Assembly (NCBI GenBank): GCA_050575255.1
Contig: JBNZDD010013626.1
Coordinates: forward strand, 2,052,056 to 2,116,055
Direction of reading: 5' to 3'
DNA from: Harriotta raleighana
Lineage: Eukaryota
Length of the DNA: 64,000 nucleotides
Shown: positions 11,947 through 24,527 of the stretch, piece by piece
Layout of the letters: every line of letters starts with the position of its first letter
Position numbering within the stretch: the stretch's first letter is position 1
Translations under genes and position numbers: made by a program
The notes under the pieces: model-generated
The model's database searches: none
The model's input: only the letters and a program-made list of their open reading frames with translations
What the model was told of the DNA's origin: nothing

Positions 11947-13897
11947 TATCACCAATTGCTCCATTGTTTCAGTCTTGTGGATGCAAAAGTAATGTAGAAC
12001 ATTTGCAAAACAATTTTGATATTGTATGTATTGAAAGGATATTATTGCTTCAATTAGAACTGGTTTAGTGATTCTCTTTAGTGATTCAGCCTGAAATTCT
12101 CAGTTTGCACTGTGGGCAAATTTTGCAGAACCACAAGGCTGGAGCTTAGTTACAGGAACTCTGAGATGCTAGCCCGCATGACTAGACACTTTATAAATGC
12201 ATGTTGTTGTTTAGCTAGCTCAATCACATTTGCAAGACTGCCAGGTTTCCTGCGATTATCTGGTTGCCGCTGATGCCACATTCTGCACACAACATAGCGA
12301 GGATCTAACAACCTGGAAGCCAGCCATTTATTAGCGGAGGGTCTGAGGTTATGTATCCAAACCAGCACGTTCATACTGGGAAGCCTTAGGTATACCATTG
12401 CTACAACAGAAACCAGTACTGGTTGGAATTGTGAAGCACTATTTTACCTCATTATCTCCAGCAATCCTCCTTTCAGAGTCACGGAGACAGCCGAACGGCC
12501 TCTTTTACCTTCAAGGACTGCCGCTGAAGGGAGGATTGTTGCTGACAGCAATACTGCAAGGTTAATGCGACATAATATAGACACTGTGGACAGAATTAGA
12601 GGACAGCGTGGAAAAAGAAAGTAGCAGCTGCCTCTGATACTCCAAATCACTATTTTCTCAGCCAGATCGTCCCCTTCCCAAAAGCACAAACATAGGATTT
12701 TAACATGTTCCAATTTTCAAGGAGGGAATGTTTCAGATGCTTTGGGGAAGCAGTTGTGACTTGCTAGCAGTCAGTTCTTGGTGCCAATATTAATTCTTCA
12801 TCAGCAATCCATATTGTAGATAAGAGCAATGCAGCCCAATTCTAAAGTGATTCATCTCCTTGACATTTCATTCATTCATACTATCAAAAACCGGCTTTTC
12901 AGACTGCTGCTGTTTTCAATGGAAGTCACAAAATGACAAGAAATAATTTCATGTTAGATTTATAATGTATATTCAGTCGTTCGACAAATGAAATATCACA
13001 CATTGTTCCTGAGGTTTGGTTGCTTGTGCGTCAACACAGATGTCAACAGTTGGGGGCAGCATTTGTTAAGCTCTGAAAAGTGTTTAATTTTATGGCTGAG
13101 AAGTATCGCCTGTTCGGAGTGAGATCTATGACTCAGTCCTTGCAGCAAAAACATGCAATTATTGAGTGATATTTTGGTTTGTTATCCGTGACGTGCCCTA
13201 TGGGTGTGAATCAGTGCTCTCAGCAACAGGAAACAAACCTCTCCAACATTTCCAGCCCACGTAACTCCCTCCCTACCTGTTCTAGTTCTTTGTAGTTTCA
13301 CTTACAATAAGACTTTAGCAGCCTCAGGAGGGTTCATGAAAAGTGGCTGTCCTCACAGAGATTGCTAAATGAATATAAAATATTTAGGATTATTATTATG
13401 TATATTATATACCCTGGTCACTCGCAAATAATCAATGACACATAATCCTTCATGTGATTTGTTTTAAACCTGTAAGTAACTTGGGAGCTCTTTGATTCCA
13501 AATATGGTAACAATACATCTGAAGTGACCCATGTGGATAAAAATAAAATCACTGCTAAGAATCGTATAATTGAGACAGCTGATGAAAGTGTTTTAATTGT
13601 ACTCTATCTAGAACCTCCTGTTCATCTGAACTGAAACCATAAATCATTTGGCTAACCTCCAAAGTGAAGCTTTATATTGTTTACTGTACATAGTTCTGTT
13701 CAATTACATTGCTGTTTCAACCTGTAAAAGGCTCTTTGGGAAAATAGAATAACTAACAAATCAGAATAACATAGTTAAATAAAAGATTTTTCTCAGTGAG
13801 TTATCATGACCATACCCAAATTCTGTTGTTATTTCATCGAAAGACTTCAGACTGAGCCTGCAGCTTTTATAGCCATTATGCTTGTATCTTTGCTTGT

Positions 13898-14200
13898 GGA
13901 GTCCTGCAGCTCAGTGGTTAGAGCACTCACCTTACAAGCGTGAGACCTGTGTTTGAATCCATGCAGGTGAGGGCGAATTCTTGGACAAGTTTCCTTGGTC
14001 CACACGCCTTACAAAAATCCCTCAATTTTTTTTTGATAATTTCAATCCATGACTGTTTGTGGGACACTGCTGTGTGCAATTCGCTGCTCCGTGTAGCCAC
14101 AAATAGTCAATTCACTTTACCGTATATTCTGTGAAGCGCTTTGAGACATCTAGAAGACGTGAAAAGCGCTATATCAAATGCAAGGATTATTTATTATTTA
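13898..14200 (+). mobile_element. tRNA-derived SINE, full length
   Basis: A box AGCTCAGTGG, B-box-like GTTTGAATCC; body and tail match 15411-15730. Confidence 0.88.
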
Positions 14201-15410
14201 TCTTGCTTAGATGTTTGTTGGTTTCATTCTTAAATCTTGTCTGTGCTATTGGTTCTCATTTGGCACATACATGTTGTGCCTTATGGCAAGGTCAGTTTGA
14301 ACACACGTGGATACTGCTTGCTGGAAGAATTGGCAGTGAACTCCTTCTCAAATAGTCTAAGGGCATCCAACACATTTCCTCTTTCTGACATGATGCCCCT
14401 TTATTGTCCTTTCCAAATGAGAATGTGTGCAGATTGATGTAACATCTGTCACATATATTGCAGACTGAACAGCTATTATTTGAGTGATATTTTGGTTTGT
14501 TATCCGTAATGTGCCCTTTACTATTATTTAGTGGAGGTGACCTGTTTGTTTTTGTAAAGTTACATGGAATTTAATGAAAGGTCCAATTTAGTTATTGGGT
14601 CTAAGTCAGATCTAATTGTTGTAACTGAGTTGGGCACACCTAATGATTGATTGACATGAATTTTGCTTAGTTCTATCTCATTGCCATATAATTCACTCAG
14701 TGCTAAGGTGATGTTAAAGATGAAAGTTATAGTCTGCTAAACAATAAGTTAGATATAGTGTGAAGAAGTTCTCTTTACTTTGGCCCCAAATTTGCCTTCA
14801 TCCAAATGTTGAAAGAGATTTTCCTCATCTAAGAATCCTGTGGTATCCCTGATTGAGACCATCAACTCTAGGTATCTTTATGCTTGGGATTTGGGCTGAT
14901 TTGATTTTACAATGAGGAACAAATGGGTCAGACCTATTTAGCTAAGTTAATATTTCTGCCTCAAACTGAGGTCTTCATCTGATTTATCCAAGCTGTAGTA
15001 TCCCAGTACATACCCAGGTTCCAAATGTGAAACACCTGTGTGCTAACTGGAGGGTTCTCGAATGTTCTGGGCTCAAGATTCCCCCAGGACATTATGTATC
15101 CTTAATGGGGACTCCCCAATTGGACTGCGGGCAGCGAGGTCTCCCTCGCAGTCTCTACAAAGGTTTACCCTGAAATGCCTTGCAACAGAATCATGGGAAA
15201 CACCTCTCCCATCTGGCTCCTCAGGCTACCTAGCTTCCATAGTCCAGCTAGGCTTCCTTAACCTTTGCATTTCTGGCTCCATGCCTCTGCCCCCCCAAAA
15301 AATAACAATCTCCCCCCCATCTCCCCAGTTCAATGCTAGTTCATTACACAACTGATCCCCTCAATTGAGATCAATTCCAACAATGAAAGGTTCATCAACT
15401 GTATGTGAGT

Positions 15411-15730
15411 GGAGCTCCTGTGGCTTAGTGGTTAGAGCACTCGCCTTGCAAGCATGAGACTTGTGTTCGAATCCAGGCAGATCAGGGCGAAACCTTGGGC
15501 AAGTTTCCTTACTCCACATGCCTAATAATAATCCCTCCAAAAAAAAACACAATAATAAAATTGGTCATTTCAATCCATGACTGTTTGTGGGACACTGCTG
15601 TGCGCAATTGGCTGCCGCATTCCGCCCACAAATATACAGTCAATTCACTTTACAGTATATTCTGTGAAGCGCTTTGGGACGTTGATAAGATGTGAAAAGC
15701 GCTATATCAAATGCAAGGATTATTATTATT
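15411..15730 (+). mobile_element. tRNA-derived SINE, best-preserved copy, with L2-type tail
   Basis: A box TGGCTTAGTGG (15421-15431), B box GTTCGAATCC (15465-15474); tail GTGAAAAGCGCTATATCAAATGCAAGG(ATT)n resembles the L2 terminus. Confidence 0.92.
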
Positions 15731-16479
15731 AAGACTGATAATCTACAACCACAGATCATTTCAGTTTACCACAAAATCATAACTAAGTACTTACTCCATT
15801 TATGTTACACTCCGATAGTACTTACTGACTTTTGTTCTCTTAACCTGAACATGTATGGAGGTGTACTAACATTCTACATAGTCCTCTTGATTTCTAAGTG
15901 GGAGAATGTTGATGTCAATTTTATGCCTTTGTTTCTCCCCACCCATCAAGAATTGTCCTCAAGTCAATATACGGTCCTACTCAGTCCTACTGTGTGTACA
16001 CTTGTCAAAAGTTGCATTGCACAACTGTGATTAATAACTTGTGTGTTCCGCTGGAAATGGCTATCTAAATTCCAAAAGGGAAAGGCATTCCATCTCACAA
16101 AATGAGCAGTGAGGACAGTGCTTTGGGGGGATTGTAATCCTCCCAAAGTGTTTGTTTAACAATGTGGTAGATCCTGCTCATTGGGAATGAAGATATTGCA
16201 CAGCTTTCTTAGGTTAAAATATTATTTGTTACATTTAGGTCAAACGGATCATTGCCCTAGATGCTTTACCACAATTACTAACATTCTCTTTCTATTTGCT
16301 CCTGTCTTGTGGTGGAGTTTGATTCCTTGAGCAACGGGTCACCAAAATGGCCGTTCTTCATGGTGTAAGTTGATACTGAATGTTGGCAAGACTGCAAGGT
16401 CATTGCAGCAGATACTGTTCTCACATGATGTCCACATTAGAAGTATTTGCTAGTTTATGTGTGCTCTCCCGCCTACGCC

Positions 16480-16597
16480 TGGGAACACTGAGGGTAGTTA
16501 TTACTGTTACCACCCTTGTTGAGATCAGCTTACACAGCACAGATGAGAACCTGGGACCTTCCTGATCTGTGTGCGTCAGTATTTGCAAAATTAATTA
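16480..16597 (-). mobile_element. Old tRNA-SINE head fragment (second family)
   Basis: GAGATCAGCTTACACAGCACAGATGAGAACCTGGGACCTTCCTGATCTG resembles 22650-22710. Confidence 0.45.
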
Positions 16598-16979
16598 GCC
16601 CTCCATGGCTTTGCCCTACTCTATATCTCCGACCTCCTAACCCCCTATTACCCTGTCTGCCCCCTTCCGCTCAGCAGGCTCCGGCCTGCTCCACATCCCT
16701 TGACCCATCCACCCCAACATCAGCAGACAAACCTTCAGCCACTCAGCTCCCAACCTCTGGAACTATATCCCGCATTCGCTCCGCCTTGCGCCCTCTCTGG
16801 TCTGCTTCAACTCCCACCTCAAGATCCTCCTCTTCATCCAGTCACTCCCCCCCCATTTCACTCCACCCTCCCCGTTCTCAACCCCAGCTCAGGTCTGAAA
16901 TAGTGACTATCCAGCACCTTGAGATGTCCTCTTGATGTAAAGACGCTACACAAGTGTAATTTTGTTGTGGTTGTTGTTG
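16598..16979 (+). mobile_element. L2-clade LINE 3' fragment
   Basis: C-rich ORF2 end and 3'UTR similar to 7370-7706; ends GACGCTACACAAGTGTAATTTTGTTGTGGTTGTTG. Confidence 0.8.
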
Positions 16980-17059
16980 CTGCATAAAGATAAGTTTTTA
17001 AGATTTAAAAAAAATGAATTCTCCTCAATGAAAGATGAGAATAGAGGGTGGAGGCTCAT

Positions 17060-17112
17060 GTATAAACACCAGCACAGACTTGTTAGGCCGAATGGCCTGT
17101 TTCTATGCTGCT
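17060..17112 (+). mobile_element. CR1-type LINE/SINE 3' tail remnant
   Basis: GCACAGACTTGTTAGGCCGAATGGCCTGTTTCTATGCTG resembles the GGCCGAATGGCC stem-loop tail of fish CR1 elements; a related remnant lies at ~61560-61600. Confidence 0.55.
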
Positions 17113-17839
17113 CTGTGCAATTCCAGTGTTCAGTTCTGGCCTTCTCAATATTCATGGGAAATGTGTATTTGTGAAGCAGTCTTACTCTTATTAATTAAGG
17201 GTGACCATAACAAATACATCAACAGCTGCTTCAGCTCTTAACAATCTCTTCTTGCAGATGCATTGAAAAGCTGCCACTGAATTAATTTTTTTTCAAAGGT
17301 TCAAAGTTTACTCTTGTTTTCATATAAGCTTATTTTTGTCTGTATTAAACTGCGGCTAGTTCAGATCAATGTCATTTGGAGATTAATCACAACCCATCAT
17401 CAAATTTAGTTCCAAGAAATTTAGTTCCATGATAATATGTTATCATGAGGCATTTATTTTAAAGTTGCACTGGACACAGTGTAAAGATTTACAGTGACTG
17501 TGTACTTTGCAGACGAGCAGCGATGGGAATTTGAGAGATTTATAATAAATTTACATCCCAATACTATCCAGATTTCATAGCACTGTACTGTACCAGCTTG
17601 TTTTAGCCACTGGTTACGTGGGGAGAGGATGGGGGGGGGGGGGGGGGGGGGTGGAATACCAACAGGAGAGAACAAATCTTGACTCTCTAATGCTTCCATA
17701 TAATGTTGGTGTTGAGAGAACTAATCCAGCTGCTGTTCAGCGGCAAAGTGATCTTTGGTGTAAAACTGCTCTCGTTAAGGGAAGGCTGTCATTGAACTGG
17801 TATGGTCTGTGTGAACCAGCCTACTTACTGCTCGGCCGT

Positions 17840-17960
17840 GCAACACCCCCCTAGGCTGGCCCTAGCTCTGTGAGGAAACTCTCTCTTGCTGCAGATGCCA
17901 AACAGCTGACAAGGAAACCAATCGGAGGAGTGGTTTGGTCAATTGTGGGCTGAATCCACA
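17840..17960 (+). promoter_or_regulatory. Candidate internal promoter for the alternative first exon
   Basis: NF-Y-type AACCAATCGG (CCAAT 17918-17922), E-boxes CAGATG and CAGCTG, AGGAAA motifs, locally higher GC, upstream of the 18947 ATG. Motif-level evidence only. Confidence 0.4.
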
Positions 17961-17970
17961 CACACACACA

Positions 17971-18679
17971 CAGAGATAGTGAGAGAGAGAGAGAGAGAGG
18001 GGACACATGTAGACGAAATAGGAAAAGAATCCGGNCAGAGATAGTGAGAGAGAGAGAGGGGACACATGTAGACGAAATAGGAAAAGAATCCGGATTTCTT
18101 CCAGCCAACACTTCACTGTGAAGCTTTTTTTTCCTGAATGCTTCCTCCTAAGACATCCACCAACCAAGAAGACACATCAAGAGCTCAGACTGACTGCATC
18201 CGAGAGCTCACCCTCCTTTTACACTCTTGTTTCAAGCAGTCTCACTGCTGTTCAAGACGCTAAAAGTAAAGGACAGACTTTAGTTTTCTCAGAAGAGGGG
18301 GAGGATCGATCAGATTAACTTGTAAAGAAAACTTCTCTTCCACCCCCCCCCCCCCCCCCCCCCCCCCCNGAGATAGTGAGAGAGAGAGAGAGAGAGGGGA
18401 CACATGTAGACGAAATAGGAAAAGAATCCGGATTTCTTCCAGCCAACACTTCACTGTGAAGCTTTTTTTTCCTGAATGCTTCCTCCTAAGACATCCACCA
18501 ACCAAGAAGACACATCAAGAGCTCAGACTGACTGCATCCGAGAGCTCACCCTCCTTTTACACTCTTGTTTCAAGCAGTCTCACTGCTGTTCAAGACGCTA
18601 AAAGTAAAGGACAGACTTTAGTTTTCTCAGAAGAGGGGGAGGATCGATCAGATTAACTTGTAAAGAAAACTTCTCTTCC

Positions 18680-18714
<35 letters not shown>

Positions 18715-18724
18715 NNNNNNNNNN
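17971..18724. repeat. Near-exact duplicated blocks separated by single Ns, with (GA)n and poly-C runs
   Basis: N at 18035 and 18369, N run 18715-18724; identical ORFs 18118..18318 and 18456..18656 are offset by 338 nt. Probably an assembly artefact. Confidence 0.85.
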
Positions 18725-18946
18725 CCCCCCCCCCCCCCCCAACCCCCTTGGATGGAATTGTGTTTCTTTGCTGAAGAGCTGCTGAAAGTGATCTCCAGCC
18801 TTAAGATAACAGCGAACAGTAATTGTGAATGTTGGCTATGTTTTGCTGAGATCAGAGGACATGTTAATCATTGCATTTAGTTGCTAAGTTTTTTTTGTGT
18901 GTGTGTGTGTGATTTCTGTTTGACTGCGATTAATCAAATTGCCCCA

Positions 18947-19071
18947 ATGACTCTGGACACTATTTTGAGTGAGGAAAAGGCAGAGGGGAGCTGGTGTTCA
19001 TGTTATGGCACAAAGATGACACCGTATTTCTCAGAGAATGCTGTTATCTCACACAACGAGATTAATTTACT
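18947..19071 (+). CDS. ssh2: Alternative first coding exon (MTLDTILSEEKAEGSWCSCYGTKMTPYFSENAVISHNEINL-L)
   Basis: ATG at 18947, second in-frame ATG at 19016; consensus donor CT|gtaagt at 19072; phase 2 joins exon 3 in frame (CT+T = Leu, then ISESFLTV). Resembles an alternative mammalian SSH2 N-terminus as I recall it (MIPYFSANAVISQNAINQL). Confidence 0.8.
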
Positions 19072-20684
19072 GTAAGTATAAACATCTCGTTGTATTTCAA
19101 TTGACTTGTCAATTTCATACACCACCTAGTCAATCTATTTGCAGTAATTGTTTTGGCAAGTACAGTACAATGATTTATTTAGTTAGATCACTTAACATGT
19201 AAACTTCAGAAATAACCAATTGTAATTTTAACAGGGAACAAATATAGTCAGTGGTAGCTTGTGCTCCCATGTAATGCATGTAATAATTGAATTAAAGACT
19301 AAAGTTACGAATGCTTATTAATGCATCCAACAGGAGAAAAAATCGTTATGTTAGATGATCGCTTCAGAAATAACTGTTCAGTTTTTTGTGTGTGCTGGGG
19401 GTGGTGGGGTGTGGAGGGGGGTGGTCAGCTGTTTTATTTTGCAGTCATTTCCTTATTGCTAGTGTCCTTTCTTCAAGCTATACTGTCCTTTATAAGATTG
19501 GGATTAGAGTACATTAGCTCCAGGAGGGAGCCAGCACAGACAAATGACCAAATGAGCTCTTCCTGTGTAGTAAACATTCTGTGATTCTCAGCCAGACCTG
19601 GTACTAGAGTCCTGAAAACTTAAGACAGGAGCTAGTTACTGAAAACAGTTGATGTGTAAATTGTATGAGGGGTTAGAGTTGCCTGTATGTTTTTGAAGTT
19701 CATTTAAAATTTTAAGAGAGGGATGCATTGTAAGTGACCAAAGCTCCTTTTGTGCCGGTAAACTGTGAAATCCTGTTTCGATAAGAGTGACAAAGGCCAA
19801 TGTTTGATGTAGCAACTGCACGATTAGATAGGATTGGTTGTTTCAAATTGCCCTTGGTCTTTCCATCAAATAACCAATGAGAAAGTCACTGTAGCCCTTG
19901 CTCATCTAAACTATATAAGGACCATTAAATTATATTTTTGTCAATTTTCACAAAAGAAAATCTTTTGGTGAAAGTCATTCAGCAATAAAACTGTTTTCTC
20001 CCTGACTTAATTTATCTAAATCAAATCAACCAATATAACTTTGGCATTCAAGATGGTGTTCAATGCCTCAGTTTCCGGGACTGTGTGAATTAATTTGCAC
20101 ATTCGCTAAGTTATGAGGCAAACAAAATAAGTGTCTAAGGTAAAGTCATGCATAGGCTACATATACATATATACATATATCACTGATTTGGATTTGATAC
20201 AAATTTTAGTTTAAAATTTTAACTTTTTTTGGTGAGATCCTCCAATACTTGTTAAGGTCTGATTTTTAATGATTTGTTTCCATTTGTGAGGTTGGCCACA
20301 ATACACTAGAGACTTGCTGAAGGCATGTGTGGCTATTCCACAAATGTAAATAAAATTCCTATTGTGTAAATCTCCAGATAGAACATGAAGGCAGAAGGTT
20401 TAACTTGTGGTTTGTTATTTAGATAATTCACACTTCAATTTTGGGGGAAAAAATACTTGGTGTGGTACATTATTGATCCTGTTTTGTGTCTTCCAGAACT
20501 CCTGACAGGAAACCATAGACGGATTTTTGTCTAAATTAACCTGACTCATTGGTTTGCTCAGGCATGAGATGCTAAAATGTACTCCTGCCTTGTAGGTGTG
20601 TGTTATTGTTCAGAGAGCATGTAATCTCTATTACATGATGAATTAAATGAACAATAGGTCAGCCATAAAATATACGTCAGCCAT

Positions 20685-20785
20685 AAAATATACAGAAAAT
20701 TCTCTTTACAGTGTACTCTGTGAAGCGCTTTAAAATGCCCCAAATATGTGATAAGGCTCCATATCAAATGCAAGGATTATTATTG
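20685..20785 (+). mobile_element. SINE 3' tail fragment
   Basis: TTTACAGTGTACTCTGTGAAGCGCTTT...ATATCAAATGCAAGGATTATTATT. Confidence 0.75.
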
Positions 20786-22364
20786 ATAGGGTTGGATCCT
20801 CTTAAATTTAGTTTTGTTGACAATCCAATCTTTCCTTGCATTAAATATATAAGGGTACCAAAGGAAAGAATTCAGAACTTGGGCATTTTATCAGTAATAT
20901 GGAAATGAAAAATGAAATGATGACTTTGATGGGAGAGATGATAGTTCAAGGCAACTACATATTCAACATCTTTGGTAATTTTGTTGATAACTTTCGATGT
21001 GTAGTCAAGCTTGTTATGGGTGCCCTCATGGTTAGATTGCTAGCCACGATCAGAGCTCATATTGGAAAAATGGTGCATTTAGCAAATCTACCCAGGAAAT
21101 TGTAGTGCAGTTGTGTCTGGGCATTTGTGAAAAGAGGGAAGAAAGTTTTGTTTTAAATAAAAGTATATCCCTTGTATATTTGCAAAACATTCTTCACAGT
21201 AGTGTAGCGTGAGACTATAGAGTTGCACATTAAATATTCAAACTAAGGTCATTGATGATGATGCAGATCTGCTGCAGGTTTTCTTGAGCAAGAACACTAC
21301 TTGCATCATCCAGTGTTTGAAGGTTTGCCAGTTAATGAACTGGGAGCGGCTTCTCCTTTTGTGCCTCAGTTTTACTGGAAAATCTCAGTAGTTTCTGGGT
21401 TACTGTAGAAAGAGGCTTCCTTGATTTAAGATCAGCTAGATAGAGCCTTGATCTTGCCAACAGAAACAGCGGAGACTTGTTCCAGGAGTCACTGGCTTCT
21501 GAAAAGGTCCTTGTCTGATGACAGAGGGAAGTGAGGAGTTCAGCTCTGCAGTTATAACATACTGGACATAACTTAGCTATATATAGTCAGTCTGGCCTTG
21601 GTGTATATGGTTAAGGCCAGCAGACTGACTTAGATGCTTTCCTGTATTGACTGGTGTGAGGTTTGAAATTTATGAGCCTTGCTTGAGTACAAGATTGTGC
21701 CTAAGTGCGCACAATTGGCCCCGGCTAGACTAAAGATTGAAGGAGCCACTGCTTTTTATAGTTCTTTTTTGCAGGTGCCATTTACTGAAATACCTGTTCA
21801 ATTACTGCTTTTGCTTGTTGTTGAGTGTGAATGCTAAATTGGCGTCTCGTTAATATGATCTACCTAGATATATTAGTTTAGAATTTCCTGACAGCCTAGA
21901 GCAGATTATTTCTTGGTAAATCAGCATTAACAATGTTGCAGTTGATGATCCTCTAGGAATTCATTGATAGAAAGAAATTCAATAAATGTCCCACTGAAGT
22001 TAAATCTTAAATGATAATTACGTAAATAATAACTGTAATAATAAAAGGGAGCAATTTCAAGTCTAATCTAATTTTGGGGTTCAGATATTATTGTTGTCAT
22101 AAACTAAGTGTCATACATGAGCATTCAGGATTATGGTTATTATTTATGATTTCCATAAACCCATATTTCTATACTTTCCCATTATGTATGGTCAAGTACA
22201 ACAGCCAGTTTGGTTTTCAATTTCCAAATTTTGAAAGCTGTTTATCCAAGGAATTGGCTCTTGGGGGAAAATATAAAGTAAAGTGTATGCAAAGTCTAAC
22301 TAAAAATGAGGAGTATTAGTTTTCAAACCTACGCCCAAGCGGATCATTTTCTCCTTCCTGTGAA

Positions 22365-22740
22365 TGTGCTGACATTGCTGAGATAGAGTTACAAGAATGC
22401 CAGCAGCCTCCCTCACCCATGTGGCGATTCACCTTGTGCAAGCTTAGACAGTGAATGTGAGCAGTGTATTGCACTGTGGAGAGGGTGTCACAGAGGATCT
22501 TGGTCCAAATTCATAAGCTTGGATATTCCAACAGTTATAAAGGTGATTCGGGGTAGGAACACTGACTGATTTTCTTCTTGAATCTGCTTGAACTTAGCCC
22601 GACACTGAGGTTAATCAATGTACAGTACAGATCTGCCACAACACCATTGCTTTGATCCGGTAACTCAGCTCAAACCGGGGATGAAACCTGGGATCTCTGG
22701 TTAAGTAGCAGATCAGTTGGGGCATTAATTTACCCACAAA
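22365..22740 (-). mobile_element. Old, heavily diverged SINE (second family)
   Basis: Shares blocks with 16480-16597 and, in reverse, with 54620-54960; weaker relatives at ~26030-26320, ~27690-27990, ~37650-37950 and ~48190-48460. Confidence 0.45.
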
Positions 22741-24527
22741 TGTGCCCATCTTTCTATTCATAAAACAACCTACACATTGAGGTGTGTCCTATTTCAATTC
22801 TATACACCAATGTTTCAGTTTTATCAGAGCAATCCCCACCCCCCCCCCACCCCAATTGTAAGTCACCCTGAGAATTCGCAATGAATACATTGGAAGGGAA
22901 CAACAAGAAAGATTTGGGTTTTAGTCGCAAGTGTACACTTTGCTGCAATGTCATGGAGCGATTCTTATTTTCCTTTGATTGAAATCGAACCAATAAAATG
23001 CATCTTACTGAAATGCCTTGCTGGTTACAAGAGGAATGTTTCTTGTTTTTATAAATGAAGCAAATTGGGCATGGAACTAAGGAATTTATGGAGTTACTAT
23101 GTATCACATCTTCCTTTGCTACATTAATTTTCCTAATACATCTCGTATCAGTGAGTGTTTTGTAACAAATTCTTTACTGGAATGTGATTTGAAGGATATT
23201 TTATATTAGCATCATTCTGATACAAATGGCTGTCTGATTTGAGATATGTCCTTCTGACGTCAGGGTTCTACACAAATGTATTTTATTGTTGTTTTAGGTG
23301 TATTTCAGATGTGTTATTTCTGTTACTTTACCTTCCCAGGTTGAATACGAACCTCTAATTTTGCTTAGAAACTAGAGTTCTTTCTGTGAATACATATTGC
23401 TTCAACCTCTCTGTAGCAGCAAAGCAACAATCATATAAATTCTGAACCCTACATTTTCACCCTGCTAGTGGTTTTTGTATTGTCTGTTCTTGAGCTAGGT
23501 GAATGTGGAAAGCACTATAATTATGTTAGCAGGCAATTCTCATTTACTGGAGTGTTATTATAGCCTAGAAGCTTGGTTATGGCGCCATTAATAATAGTTG
23601 CTTGTAGAGTACAGCCATGTTTAACTAACTGTGATTCAATGACCTTTAACATTGTAAAAGGAAAGCTAACAATTGATTAGATAAACTTTAATAGAGCAAT
23701 AAATTTTCATTAACACTGGCAGACAGTAACCAAAACTACACAATAGAAGATTCCTCCCACTTTTTGCAGGTTCATGTTTCCTTTTATCTTCAATTTGAAT
23801 TGCCTTTACAAGGGTAGTTGGAGCTCAGTCAGAATACAGATTAGGTGAATGTTTATGTACAGTGAATCAGATCGTTGGTGCTTAATGAATCAATATCTTT
23901 GCCTAAAAACTTCGATGACTGAATATGATCATTACAAGTAGCAGTTGCGGCTGTGCAGGTGTTCATTTTGTTCCCTGTAACCATCCACTTCCTTACACCA
24001 ATCTAAAGGACTGTCTCTTCTTATATGTCAAAACAAAACATGTAGCCATCTGGATAGTGGCTTTATGAAATGTCTTAAATGAGGGCTATTTCAGGAGGAA
24101 GGTAGAGAGTGGTTGACAATGTGTATTAGATGCTGTTTTATTAAGTTGGCAAATTTTATTTTCTGAAATATGAACATCTCTTTTGCTGCTCTGATTGTTT
24201 CCATCCATAGTTTTGTTTGTGTGCTTGAAAGATCTTTCAGGAGTCTGCGTGCGTGTGGTGGTGGAGGGGGGCAAGAATTTTCATTAACATTACGATACAT
24301 TGGCATATAACATAAGTTTCACTTCCAGTGGCATTTTACTAGTCTCAGCCTTTTTCTTAGCGCAAAGTAGTCAAATCTTTACCAGCAATATTTTATATTT
24401 TTAGTATGTGTGACATGTGGTAACCTATTCTATTAAAGACAACATTCTATTAAATACAACATATGCAGTTTGCATTTTACTGTGCTTACAGATACAGTAT
24501 GTATCATTGCTTCATTGGGTTTGCATT

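Noticed and set aside
15411-15485. tRNA gene candidates (also near 13898, 30842 and 62250)
   Set aside because: A and B boxes are present but there is no proper acceptor stem, and each continues into a SINE body.
17971-18724. Two identical 66-aa ORFs (18118..18318, 18456..18656) looking like a tandem mini-gene
   Set aside because: The copies are identical, joined at single Ns and bounded by (GA)n and poly-C runs, typical of unmerged contig overlaps; GTG start and no recognisable protein.
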